Shown here: positions 19,339-28,279 of the stretch, piece by piece
Numbering within the stretch: the first letter of the stretch is position 1
Layout: every line of letters begins with the position of its first letter
Assembly: GCA_964421125.1 (NCBI GenBank)
Contig: CAYQVD010000006.1
Span: forward strand, 1 to 63,005
Direction: 5' to 3'
Source of the DNA: an uncultured Bdellovibrionales bacterium
Lineage (GTDB): Bacteria > Patescibacteriota > Minisyncoccia > Moranbacterales > DUUL01
DNA length: 63,005 bases
The notes under the pieces: model-generated
What the model was told of the DNA's origin: nothing
What the model saw: the letters and a program-made list of their open reading frames with translations, nothing else
Database searches by the model: none
Translations under genes and position numbers: made by a program

Positions 19339-20694
19339 ATGAATATAGCAAATCCAACAATTGAAAAAGGGGCGGATCAGACAACAGAAGTTGTGCCATT
19401 GAAATATTGCCTTTATGCGCGAAAAAGCACAGAGAGCGAAGAGCGCCAAGTGCTTTCAATTGATTCTCAAGTAAAGGAAATGCTTCAAATTGCAGAACGA
19501 GAGAAACTTGAAATTGTCGATATTCGTCGGGAAAGTCACAGTGCAAAAGACTCAGGTCAACGCCCAGTGTTCAAGGAACTTCTAGAAGATATCAAGAGAG
19601 GTCGATTTAATGGAATACTGACTTGGGCTCCAGATAGACTGAGTAGAAATGGTGGCGACCTTGGATCTGTTGTCGATCTTATGGATCAAAAACTCTTATT
19701 AGAAATTCGTACATATGGGCAAGTGTTCACTAACTCTCCCAATGAAAAATTTCTACTAATGATTCTTGGATCTCAAGCAAAACTTGAAAACGACAATAGA
19801 GGTGTAAATGTAAAAAGAGGATTAAGAATGAAATGCGAGATGGGGCTATGGCCGACATGCGCGCCAACTGGATATATTAATATTCGCAATAGCGATAGAA
19901 AGTGCATCGTGATTCCTGATCCTGAGCGTGCCTCTATGCTTAAGAAGATGTTTGAAAAAGTAGCCCATGAAAAATGGAGCGGAAGAAAACTATATCACTG
20001 GCTTAAATTTGAATTGAATTTTAAGAGCAAAGGAAATAAGAATTTGTCACTTAGCAATATCTACCGAATTCTTCAAACACATTTTTATTACGGACCATTT
20101 GAATATCCTCGGGGAAGCGGAAATTGGTATCAGGGAAAACACGAGCCAATTATTACAAAGGAACTTTTTGATCTCACTCAGGAACAATTAAAAAGAGATA
20201 GGATCGTGAGAGATAGCAAAGAGTTTGCCTTCACTAAATTAATCACTTGTGGAATTTGTGGATCGGGAATAACCGCTGATGAGAAATACAAAAAACTTAA
20301 AAATGGAAGTACCGTTTCGTATATTTATTATGGATGTACTCGATCAAGAGATCTTTCTTGTAAACTTGGATATATGCGAGAGGAAAAATTAATCCAACAA
20401 ATGACTCATCTTATTGATGATATGGATATAAATGAAATTGGATTAAAGAAACAATTTGAAGAGGAGGTGTCACGTTATAATAATTTTCAAAATACAGTTT
20501 TGAAAATGAATGGTGGGGAAGATAAAATTGATAAAAAACAAGAATTTGATATTAAAACTTATGCTAAATATATTCTCAAGGAAGGTAAAATAAATGAAAA
20601 GAGAGAGTTATTAGCAAGTTTCAAAAGTAGAATTATTTTAAATAAGGATAAAAAAATAATACTTAAAAAACATGATGCCACCCTGAAAAATTAA
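19339..20694 (+). CDS. Large serine recombinase, second copy and paralogous to 306..1880
   Basis: YARKSTESEERQ, TWAPDRLSRNG and the Zn-ribbon CGICGSG...YYGCTRS...C. The track ORF starts at TTG 19318; the first ATG is at 19339. Confidence 0.85.
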   Translation: MNIANPTIEKGADQTTEVVPLKYCLYARKSTESEERQVLSIDSQVKEMLQIAEREKLEIVDIRRESHSAKDSGQRPVFKELLEDIKRGRFNGILTWAPDRLSRNGGDLGSVVDLMDQKLLLEIRTYGQVFTNSPNEKFLLMILGSQAKLENDNRGVNVKRGLRMKCEMGLWPTCAPTGYINIRNSDRKCIVIPDPERASMLKKMFEKVAHEKWSGRKLYHWLKFELNFKSKGNKNLSLSNIYRILQTHFYYGPFEYPRGSGNWYQGKHEPIITKELFDLTQEQLKRDRIVRDSKEFAFTKLITCGICGSGITADEKYKKLKNGSTVSYIYYGCTRSRDLSCKLGYMREEKLIQQMTHLIDDMDINEIGLKKQFEEEVSRYNNFQNTVLKMNGGEDKIDKKQEFDIKTYAKYILKEGKINEKRELLASFKSRIILNKDKKIILKKHDATLKN

Positions 20695-20700
20695 ATATAG

Positions 20701-20728
20701 TTGATTTATGTTCTTTAAAATGTATAAT
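20701..20728 (+). promoter_or_regulatory. Candidate sigma-70 promoter
   Basis: TTGATT-16 nt-TATAAT. Confidence 0.4.
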
Positions 20729-20734
20729 TAAAAT

Positions 20735-20942
20735 ACAATATCGCCTAAACTCACATCTTTTATGTGAGCATGGTGTAATAAATAACCTAGCTAATAGAGA
20801 CGGCCTCATGGTCGACACTTATTAGCTAGGTCAGTATTCCGAAAGGATGCTGGGCAATTCGAAAGGATTGTCGTCGATTCGTGAGGCCTTTTGTGTACTC
20901 ATGATCGATATTAAATCCTAGCTAATTAATTAGTTCAAAAAA
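20735..20942 (+). ncRNA. Candidate structured 5' leader or ncRNA upstream of 20943..21500
   Basis: The region is locally GC-enriched and holds several helices. There is a hairpin ctcacat/atgtgag and an 11-bp helix acctagctaat/attagctaggt. Two tandem GAAA-tetraloop hairpins follow (cagtattcc-gaaa-ggatgctg and ggcaattc-gaaa-ggattgtc). A long-range pair ggcctca/tgaggcc is possible, and a third cctagctaat copy sits next to the start codon. Confidence 0.35.
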
Positions 20943-21500
20943 ATGAACGAACAAAATCAGTCTCAGGGACAGACTCAAAATATCCCAAAAAAGAAAGTGT
21001 GGTATAAGAAGTGGTGGGTAATAGTCATTGGAGTTGTATTACTCTTCGTAATTATTGGAAGTTTTGGTTCAGATGATAAATCAAAAGAGAATCAATCTCA
21101 ACAAGCATCTCAAGGTGATGATGTTACACAAAAAGTAGATACTAAAAAAGAAGAAAAGCCAGTAGAAGTTAAAGAGGTTGTCCCTCAAGTCACTGTGACA
21201 AGCGCAGTTATCGCAAAAGATTACTCAGAAAATGAAGTGGCAGCCGATGAAAAATATAAAGGGAAGATAATAGAAGTGTCAGGAAAGGTAGCTAGCGTCG
21301 ATAATGGGATACTAGATAATGAGATGATTGTTAAATTATCAGATGGCGAATATGATTTTAGCGGACCAATGTGTTATATGGAAAAGAGTGAGCGTGAAAA
21401 AGTATTAGCCTTTAAGAAAGGAGACAAAGTAACTCTAATCGGCGAAGGCAATAGTGCTACAATCGGATCACCGATGTTGAAAGATTGTACGGTTAAGTAA
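20943..21500 (+). CDS. Membrane-anchored protein with a C-terminal OB-fold (tRNA_anti-like) domain
   Basis: N-terminal TM WWVIVIGVVLLFVIIGSF, a low-complexity linker, and a C-terminal segment KDYSENEVAADEKYKGKIIEVSGKV typical of this small secreted OB family. Confidence 0.5.
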   Translation: MNEQNQSQGQTQNIPKKKVWYKKWWVIVIGVVLLFVIIGSFGSDDKSKENQSQQASQGDDVTQKVDTKKEEKPVEVKEVVPQVTVTSAVIAKDYSENEVAADEKYKGKIIEVSGKVASVDNGILDNEMIVKLSDGEYDFSGPMCYMEKSEREKVLAFKKGDKVTLIGEGNSATIGSPMLKDCTVK

Positions 21501-21518
21501 AAATAGACCACAAACAAA

Positions 21519-21549
21519 AAACAGCATTTATGAAAATGCTGTTTTTTTG
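21519..21549 (+). terminator. Rho-independent terminator
   Basis: Stem aacagcatt / aatgctgtt followed by a T-run. Confidence 0.75.
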
Positions 21550-21647
21550 TTGCTTAGTTCGAATCCCATTATCTACTCCAAATCCTATTTTTCAAAAGGG
21601 GCTTAAAATGGGAAGAGACTGGGTCTCTCGATACTACAAGCTTGATG

Positions 21648-21734
21648 CGGAGAGACAGGGATTCGAACCCTGGGAACCGGTGAAGGTTCAACACCTTAGC
21701 AGGGTGCTGCTTTCAACCACTCAGCCATCTCTCC
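21648..21734 (-). tRNA. tRNA-Ser(GCU)
   Basis: The minus strand reads GGAGAGA...CACC-CTGCTAA-GGTG...long variable arm...GGTTCGAATCCC...TCTCTCCG. Cloverleaf with a long extra arm and anticodon GCT. No encoded CCA. Confidence 0.9.
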
Positions 21735-21843
21735 AAATAACTATTAACTTTTGATAATTAACAATTTACAGTTTTCAATTTAATAGAAAAATATATTAAT
21801 CAGCTTATTTTAAATTTATCTAAAAAATAATGCTTTCTGATTA

Positions 21844-21871
21844 ATGGATTCCTGCCTACGCAGGAATGACA
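21844..21871. repeat. Palindromic repeat family copy (atGGATTCCTGC-ctac-GCAGGAATgaca)
   Basis: 8-9 bp stem, 4-nt loop and a conserved ...atgaca flank. Same family as the other copies listed below. Confidence 0.85.
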
Positions 21872-21914
21872 TACTAATGTGATTTAACTACAATCTACAT
21901 ACTACACACTAAGA

Positions 21915-22670
21915 CTAGCTTTGTCTAGCGATTACGATGGCGGAAATTGATCGGGGATTGAGTTTTTGGAGGACTTTTGCGCATTCGATTAAGGTTGATC
22001 CGGTGGTGCAAATGTCATCGACTAACAATATTTTTTTGCCTTGGATTTTGTTTTTATGTTCCTGATTTATTTGAAATGCTCCGGAGATATTTTCTTGTCG
22101 CTCTGAATATTTCTTGATTTTCATTTGGGGCGGGGCGTATTTTATTCTTTTTATAATGTTATCATTAGTTTCTATATCGATTCCAGGAAGTAAATTTTCT
22201 CCGATATGTTTTGCCAGAAGTTCTGATTGATTGAATCCTCGCCAGCGAAGTCGAAAGGGATGGAGGGGGATGGGAATTATGATATCGGGAGTTTTCATTT
22301 CATGTTTTGCAAGAGATTTTAATAGAATTTCACCTAGACCTAGATGGATATCTTCTATGAATCGATATTTGTAGAGATGGACTAGCTTGGGGAGCAGGGG
22401 GTCTTTGTAGTCGCCGGCTATTAATAGTTTTTTGAGGGGGTAGTCGGTTTGTTTGCATGCTGAACAAAGTTTCCCTGAATCAGTAATCGATTTTTCGCAA
22501 CATGGACATTTTTGAACGTTAAGCGTTTTGATCGACTTGAGACAGTCATCACAAATTACTAGGCCTCTTTTTTCGCAACAAACACATTGAGAAGGAAAAA
22601 TCAGCTCAAGGGCAACGTTTTCGATAGATTTTATTATTTTAATTGGGTTGGGTTTTGTTTTTGTGTTCAT
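21915..22670 (-). CDS. comFC: ComF family protein (ComFC-type phosphoribosyltransferase with N-terminal Zn fingers)
   Basis: Cys-rich N-terminus (CVCCEK...CDDC...CPCCEK...CSAC) and the PRTase motif ILLVDDICTTGSTL. Confidence 0.8.
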   Translation of the reverse strand: MNTKTKPNPIKIIKSIENVALELIFPSQCVCCEKRGLVICDDCLKSIKTLNVQKCPCCEKSITDSGKLCSACKQTDYPLKKLLIAGDYKDPLLPKLVHLYKYRFIEDIHLGLGEILLKSLAKHEMKTPDIIIPIPLHPFRLRWRGFNQSELLAKHIGENLLPGIDIETNDNIIKRIKYAPPQMKIKKYSERQENISGAFQINQEHKNKIQGKKILLVDDICTTGSTLIECAKVLQKLNPRSISAIVIARQS

Positions 22671-22680
22671 GGGTTGTGGG

Positions 22681-22920
22681 CAATTGAGATATAGCTAATA
22701 TATTTTCTCGCAACGCCATCGGAATGGCGAGATCCTCGAAAATACATCAGCTATATCTCAATTGCATAAGTGGATAGTATAACTTCTCCTAACGTCATCG
22801 GAATGGCGAGATCCTCGAAAAAATATTATTCCTACCTTGATTAGATATGGATCAAGACGAGGATAGTATAACTTCTCCTAACGCTATCGGAATGGCGAGA
22901 TCCTCGAAAATACATCAGCT
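22681..22920. repeat. Three dispersed direct copies of a 35-60 nt motif. The first copy is enclosed by a 16-bp inverted repeat.
   Basis: The core atcggaatggcgagatcctcgaaaa is identical at about 22718, 22797 and 22885. Copies 2 and 3 also share ggatagtataacttctcctaacg. The inverted repeat is caattgagatatagct (22681-22696) and agctatatctcaattg (22749-22764). Confidence 0.8.
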
Positions 22921-22975
22921 GTCTTCCAAGATCTAAACTAATTTTCTATTTATCTATTTGTGTAGTTTTTAAAAT

Positions 22976-25441
22976 CTATTTTTCATTTAAGACAAGTTTG
23001 TTTTTTGCGATGGAAAGATGAATATTTTTGTTATTTTTCTTTAGGAGATGTTTGGCCAGGGCTGGCTCGATGAATTCTTCAATTCTTCTTCTGACAAGTC
23101 TTGCGCCTTCTTTTGGATTATGACTTTTTTTGGCAATGAATTTAATAAGTTGCGGAGTCACAGTTAATTGAATATTTTTTTCTTTGAGTCTTTCGGAAAG
23201 TTTTTGAAGTTCTTTTTTGGTTATTTTTTCAAGATCCTTTTTGTTAAGGAAGTCGAAAATGACAATATGGTCAAGACGATTGATTAATTCTAGAGGAAGA
23301 ATGTCTTCAATTTGATCTTTGATTTCTTTGATTGCATTTTCTTTTTTCTTTTCTAGTTGTTGGGTTTTAGTGTTTTTTTCAAACCCAATTTCTGAGACTT
23401 GATTGAGCTCGTTAGTTCCAACGTTTGAGGTGAGAATTATGATACAATTTTTGAAATCAATATTTCGTCCTTTGGCATCAGTAATTTTCCCTTCTTCAAG
23501 AATTTGAAGGAGAATGTTTAGAATTGCTGGATCAGCTTTTTCGATTTCGTCAAACAATACAACACTGTATGGGTTGCGTCGAATCTTATCTGCAAATCCA
23601 CTAGCTTCTTCATAGCCGACATAACCAGCTGGTGCTCCAAGGAGTTTTGATACAGAGTGTTTTTCCATGAATTCACTCATGTTAATTTGAATTAAGTTTC
23701 GTTTTCCGGTTGGTGAGATTGCTTCAGCAAGGAGTTTGGCTGTTATGGTTTTTCCTGTGCCGGATGATCCAATGAAAAGAAAAGATCCAATTGGTCGGTT
23801 GGGATGACCAATCCCAGCGAATTGTCGAAGAAGGGTTTTGTGAATTTTGTCGATGGTTTTATTTTGACCAACGAGATTATTTTGAAGAAGCTTTTTAGCT
23901 TTATTTGGTACATCTTGAGTTTCTTGAGAGAGAAGGGAAATTGGAACTTGAGCTGAATGAGCGGCGGTTTCTTTTATGTTTATTTCTTTTAAATGTACAG
24001 TATTATTGCCTTCGTGTTTACGGAGTTTACTTTTAAGGGTTTTAATTTCTTTTTCAAGTTCTTTTTCTAAATCTCTTAGACCAATTGCTTCTTCGTAGTG
24101 GTCGGTGATTACTAGATGTTCCTTTTCTTCAATAATTTCATTAAGTTCTTGTTTTTTTCTGGAGAGTTCACTATAAATTTTTGGATCAGTGTTTTGTGAT
24201 TTTATTCTTGATGCGGTTTCATCGAGAAGATCAATAGCGCTATCAGGAAGAAATCTATCAGGAAAAAGTCGTTTTGCCAGAGAGACGGAAACAGGAAGGG
24301 CATCTTCAGAGATTTTAACGTTGTGATATTTTTCATAACCTTTTTTAATTCCTTTGAGAATGGCAGTAGCTTCTTTTTGTGAAGGTTCGTCAATAAGAAT
24401 TGGCTGAAATCTTCTTTCAAGGGCAGCGTCTTTCTCGATGTGTTTTCGGTATTCATCTACAGTGGTGGCTCCAATAACTTGAATTTCTCCTCGAGAAAGA
24501 GCAGGCTTCAGTATGTTTGCTGCGTCCATTCCTCCTACAGCATTTCCAGCGCCAACTAGGTTATGGATTTCGTCGATAAAAAGAATCACTTCTTCATTTT
24601 CCTTGGCTTCACTGATCACCTCTTTGAGGCGCGCTTCAAATTCTCCTCGAAAATTTGTTCCGGCTACGAGAAGTCCAAGATCAAGGTTGTATATTTTTTT
24701 ATTGGCAAGGTAAAAAGGAGCTTTATTTTCAGAAATTTTCTGAGCAAGTCCTTCGATAATGGCGGTTTTTCCAACACCTGGTTCTCCGATTAATACGGGA
24801 TTGTTTTTGTTTTTTCTTCCTAGTATATTTGAAATTCTTTCGAGTTCATTGTTTCTTCCGATTAGAACGAGATCTTGTTTTTTAATTTCTTCATTTAAAT
24901 CAATGGCAAAATCATTAAGAAAGGATTGTTTTTTATTTTTTTTCCCTTGTGGAGAAAGAAAGCTATCCATTATTGAATTCATGTCTTGAAAAAATTCAGG
25001 ATTAGGAATTTTATTCGTTGGTTTTTTTGGTACTGATTTTTTATTGAAAGTAATTTTTTTCGAATTTTTTTCGAAATAAGTCTTAAATGAGTCTTGATCT
25101 TTTTCTGCTAATAATAGTAATAGGGCATGAAAGAGATGTTCAGTTCCAACAAAGGAGCTGTTAGATGAAGATGCGATTTGAAATGATTTCATTAAAACTT
25201 CTGCAACCGAAACTTTGGTATTAGAAAGATTTTTTTTGCTAAGCATTTCATCGATATCAGATACAAGTGTTTTCATTAAAATGTTTCCCAAACTACCTTT
25301 TTGTTCAGAAAGAGGCTTTATGAGAAAAAGAGAATTGACTTCATTTAGATCATTTCGTTTACTGGATTGTTGAACTTTCTCGAGTACAGTTTGAGCATTT
25401 TTGGTGAGACGATTTTCAATTTTTCTTATCATAAATTTCAA
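22976..25441 (-). CDS. Clp/Hsp100 family AAA+ ATPase with two nucleotide-binding domains (ClpC/ClpB-like)
   Basis: 821 aa. Walker A motifs GEPGVGKTAI and GSSGTGKT, Walker B motifs ILFIDEIH and VVLFDEIEKA, and a coiled-coil middle segment. Confidence 0.85.
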   Translation of the reverse strand: MKFMIRKIENRLTKNAQTVLEKVQQSSKRNDLNEVNSLFLIKPLSEQKGSLGNILMKTLVSDIDEMLSKKNLSNTKVSVAEVLMKSFQIASSSNSSFVGTEHLFHALLLLLAEKDQDSFKTYFEKNSKKITFNKKSVPKKPTNKIPNPEFFQDMNSIMDSFLSPQGKKNKKQSFLNDFAIDLNEEIKKQDLVLIGRNNELERISNILGRKNKNNPVLIGEPGVGKTAIIEGLAQKISENKAPFYLANKKIYNLDLGLLVAGTNFRGEFEARLKEVISEAKENEEVILFIDEIHNLVGAGNAVGGMDAANILKPALSRGEIQVIGATTVDEYRKHIEKDAALERRFQPILIDEPSQKEATAILKGIKKGYEKYHNVKISEDALPVSVSLAKRLFPDRFLPDSAIDLLDETASRIKSQNTDPKIYSELSRKKQELNEIIEEKEHLVITDHYEEAIGLRDLEKELEKEIKTLKSKLRKHEGNNTVHLKEINIKETAAHSAQVPISLLSQETQDVPNKAKKLLQNNLVGQNKTIDKIHKTLLRQFAGIGHPNRPIGSFLFIGSSGTGKTITAKLLAEAISPTGKRNLIQINMSEFMEKHSVSKLLGAPAGYVGYEEASGFADKIRRNPYSVVLFDEIEKADPAILNILLQILEEGKITDAKGRNIDFKNCIIILTSNVGTNELNQVSEIGFEKNTKTQQLEKKKENAIKEIKDQIEDILPLELINRLDHIVIFDFLNKKDLEKITKKELQKLSERLKEKNIQLTVTPQLIKFIAKKSHNPKEGARLVRRRIEEFIEPALAKHLLKKNNKNIHLSIAKNKLVLNEK

Positions 25442-25566
25442 TATTTGTTAAAAGTTGTTATTTGATGTATTATTACATCATAGAATGAATAAAAATTTTA
25501 TCTTTTAATTTATAAAACCTTTAAGTCAGCATAGCAGAAGGAGGAAATATTTCAAGGAAAAGCTAT

Positions 25567-25595
25567 TTGACAAAAAGTGGAAAAGTTTCTAAAAT
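25567..25595 (+). promoter_or_regulatory. Candidate sigma-70 promoter of the pilus operon
   Basis: TTGACA-17 nt-TAAAAT, about 50 nt upstream of the pilM ATG. Confidence 0.5.
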
Positions 25596-25647
25596 TAAAG
25601 AAAGAAAACATTCGAAAAAAAATAAATGAAAATAAAGTAAAAATAAA

Positions 25648-26781
25648 ATGTTCGATGATGTAACTGGGAAGATTCCAGGAAGGTTTTCTGACCTGTTTAA
25701 AAAAAAGAAAAAAAGATGTGTGGGCGTTGACGTTGGAAATTCTAGCATCAAGATTGTTGAATTAGAAAAAAAAGGAGATAAAATTGTTTTAAAGAACTAT
25801 TCAATAACAAGAACTAATAAAAAAGGATTAGTCAAGCCTGGATCTTCAAAAATAATTGATACTGAAGTGGGGGACATAGTTAAAAAAATTCTTGATGAAA
25901 TTGAAGTAAAAACAAAAAATATTAATGTGGCAATTCCAAGTTTTGCTTCGTTGGTTACGACAATCGAATTGCCTCCAGCTTCTGAGAAAGAAATCGAGCA
26001 AATTATTCAAGTTGAAGCACCTAAGTATATTCCTGTTCCCTTAGAAGAAATAGTTTATGGTTGGGAGATTATAAATGATAAAGCAGAGTCGGATGAACAG
26101 AAAAATGAATCTAAAATTACAAAGGCTTCGGATAAATCAATGATAAAGGTAGTTTTAGTTTCAGTTATGAAAAGTATTAGCCAGGAGTACGAAAAAGTTT
26201 TTCAAAAAAGTGGTTATAATATTGATTCATTAGAGATTGATGCGTTTGCTCTTAAGAGAGCTATGGTTGGGGATGATCAGAAGAGCTATTTAATGGTTGA
26301 TATCGGAGGTACTATTACAAATATTTCGGTAATTGTTAATGGAAGTGTTGTTGCTAATAGGAGTATTGATGTGGGAGGAGAAAGGATGACAGAACTTCTT
26401 TCAAAGGCATTAGGAGTTAACGAAGAACGGGCTGAAAAGATTAAGGTCAGCCAGGGATTTGAGATTGAATCTAGAGAAATTAAAACTCAAGTGTTAGAAC
26501 CTTTTTTTAAGAATATTTCTGATGAAATTGTTAAATCCATTGAGGTTTTTGATGAGAATTATCCTAATTTAGAGATAGATTCTTTAGTTTTAACAGGAGG
26601 ACTTTCTCAGATGAAGGGAGTTATTAATTTTTTAGAAAATAAAATTAAAATAAAAATTGTCGAAGGGAATCCTTGGCTAAAAATAGTTTATCCAAAGAAA
26701 ATTGAAAATAGTCTTTTTTCTTTAAATCCTTACTTTGGAGTAGCGATTGGGCTAGCACTAAAGGGTTTAATGGAAGAATAG
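25648..26781 (+). CDS. pilM: Type IV pilus assembly ATPase-fold protein PilM
   Basis: Actin/FtsA-like fold signatures (VGVDVGNSSIKIV, MVDIGGTITN, LTGG). First gene of the pilMNO-pilB cluster. Confidence 0.75.
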   Translation: MFDDVTGKIPGRFSDLFKKKKKRCVGVDVGNSSIKIVELEKKGDKIVLKNYSITRTNKKGLVKPGSSKIIDTEVGDIVKKILDEIEVKTKNINVAIPSFASLVTTIELPPASEKEIEQIIQVEAPKYIPVPLEEIVYGWEIINDKAESDEQKNESKITKASDKSMIKVVLVSVMKSISQEYEKVFQKSGYNIDSLEIDAFALKRAMVGDDQKSYLMVDIGGTITNISVIVNGSVVANRSIDVGGERMTELLSKALGVNEERAEKIKVSQGFEIESREIKTQVLEPFFKNISDEIVKSIEVFDENYPNLEIDSLVLTGGLSQMKGVINFLENKIKIKIVEGNPWLKIVYPKKIENSLFSLNPYFGVAIGLALKGLMEE

Positions 26782-26817
26782 TAATTTAATTTAATAAATT
26801 TTAATTAAAAATAAAAA

Positions 26818-27348
26818 ATGAGACAAATTAATCTAAAGTCTGATAATGGTAATATCAAAAAAAGAAAAAACATTAGTCTTTCATTAATTCTTGGTTTGTT
26901 GTTATTGGTTGTTGCTGGAGCAATCTCTGGTGGACTTTTTCTTTATGAGATGCAGTTAGAAAAAAGAGTGACATTAGTAGCCGATGAAATCAGTAAAAAA
27001 GAACAAGATATTGATTCTCAAAAATTTAAAGAGGTTTATGACTTACAGGGTCGAATTATTGATATTGATAAATATTTATCAGAAGCAAATAACCAAACTG
27101 AGTTTCTTGGTGTAGTTTCTTCAAGAACTTTTGGTAATACGATTTTTAAAAGTATTGATCTGAGTCAATCTTCTCCTGCTAGTTCTGTTGTTGAGGCTAT
27201 TATCCTCGTTTCAAATTTTGATGATTTAGCTTCTCAACTTAATGCCTATAAACAGTCTGATCAAATAGAAGATCTTAAGCTTAATAGTAGTTCGTTAGAA
27301 GATAATGGATTGTTGGCCTCTATTACTTTTAATGTAAAATCTTTGTAA
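26818..27348 (+). CDS. pilN: PilN-like bitopic pilus alignment protein
   Basis: 176 aa with a single N-terminal TM followed by a coiled coil. The call rests on position after pilM. Confidence 0.5.
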   Translation: MRQINLKSDNGNIKKRKNISLSLILGLLLLVVAGAISGGLFLYEMQLEKRVTLVADEISKKEQDIDSQKFKEVYDLQGRIIDIDKYLSEANNQTEFLGVVSSRTFGNTIFKSIDLSQSSPASSVVEAIILVSNFDDLASQLNAYKQSDQIEDLKLNSSSLEDNGLLASITFNVKSL

Positions 27349-27399
27349 GATTTATAAAAATAAAAACATTTTAAATAAATAAAAATTTACTAAATAAAA

Positions 27400-28254
27400 A
27401 TGAGTTTAAAAACATTCTTTTTCCCACTCGCATTAATCATTACGTTTTTTTCGATTGTTTGGTTTATCTTTCCTCGATGGGGAGTTGTTCAGGAAAAGAG
27501 AGCTGAGCTTAATAAAAAAATGGAGACAAGTGCTTCGTTGGAGACAAAGAGATTGAAAATAAATAAAAGTATAGATGTTTATGAGGAAAATATACGAGAT
27601 ACTGCGGTGATTTATGATGCTTTGCCTGTTGAGATTAATAATGATAGTTTTGTAGATGAACTTTTCAAGGGAGCGCAGAATAAAGGGGCTTTGATTATAA
27701 AAATAGAAGTTGGCGATGTTAAATTAGCTGAAAAAGCAAAAAGTTCTAATAAAATAGTGGTTTTTGATGAAGATGAGGGTGATACATTGGTATCTCCGGA
27801 AGTTTTTAAAATTCCTTTTACTTTAGATTTAGTCGGTAATTATGTCGAAGTGAGGAATTTTATTAGTTTTATGGAAACCGCTCATAGGTTGTTCGTAGTG
27901 GAAAATGTTGCAATGAATCAAGAAGAGATAGGAACTGGTAGTGTAAATGCTTCTATTTCTGGAGTTTCTTTTTATAAAAAAGATGATCCGAGCTTGAAAA
28001 TTAGTTCTGTCGTGTATAGGAATGAACCAGTTTTGAAAAGTATTGTAGATTCTGGATTAGATGTTGATTTTATTAAAAATTATAAAAACAGATTTTCAAG
28101 TAGTAATTATGTGTTTAGTCCTATTCTGACAGGAATAGGTAAGGACGATTTATTTTTAGGTCAATCCAATGCGAGTATTGTTGAGGAAAATTTAGATTCA
28201 TTGGAAGCGGAAGTGGTTGCTGGTGATAATTTAAATGGTCTAGTAAATGATTAA
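27400..28254 (+). CDS. pilO: PilO-like bitopic pilus alignment protein
   Basis: 284 aa with an N-terminal TM plus coiled coil. The call rests on position between pilN and pilB. Confidence 0.45.
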   Translation: MSLKTFFFPLALIITFFSIVWFIFPRWGVVQEKRAELNKKMETSASLETKRLKINKSIDVYEENIRDTAVIYDALPVEINNDSFVDELFKGAQNKGALIIKIEVGDVKLAEKAKSSNKIVVFDEDEGDTLVSPEVFKIPFTLDLVGNYVEVRNFISFMETAHRLFVVENVAMNQEEIGTGSVNASISGVSFYKKDDPSLKISSVVYRNEPVLKSIVDSGLDVDFIKNYKNRFSSSNYVFSPILTGIGKDDLFLGQSNASIVEENLDSLEAEVVAGDNLNGLVND

Positions 28255-28279
28255 AAAAATAGTTTAATTCAATTTTGTT

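Larger units (their letters stand above)
306..20694. mobile_element. Accessory island bounded by two large serine recombinase genes, carrying phage-derived and defence cargo. True ends are undetermined.
   Basis: Recombinases at both ends on the + strand and all 14 internal genes on the - strand. Cargo includes terminase, ParB-MTase and R-M genes. tRNA-Ser lies about 1 kb beyond the right recombinase with its 3' end facing the island. Confidence 0.55.

Noticed and set aside
21530-21754. 74-aa plus-strand ORF
   Set aside because: It overlaps the terminator hairpin and runs antisense through tRNA-Ser(GCU).
22681-22920. Possible mini-CRISPR array
   Set aside because: Only three copies, with irregular spacing (79 and 88 nt). 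The supposed spacers share sequence with each other, one copy is enclosed by an inverted repeat, and there are no cas genes in the window.
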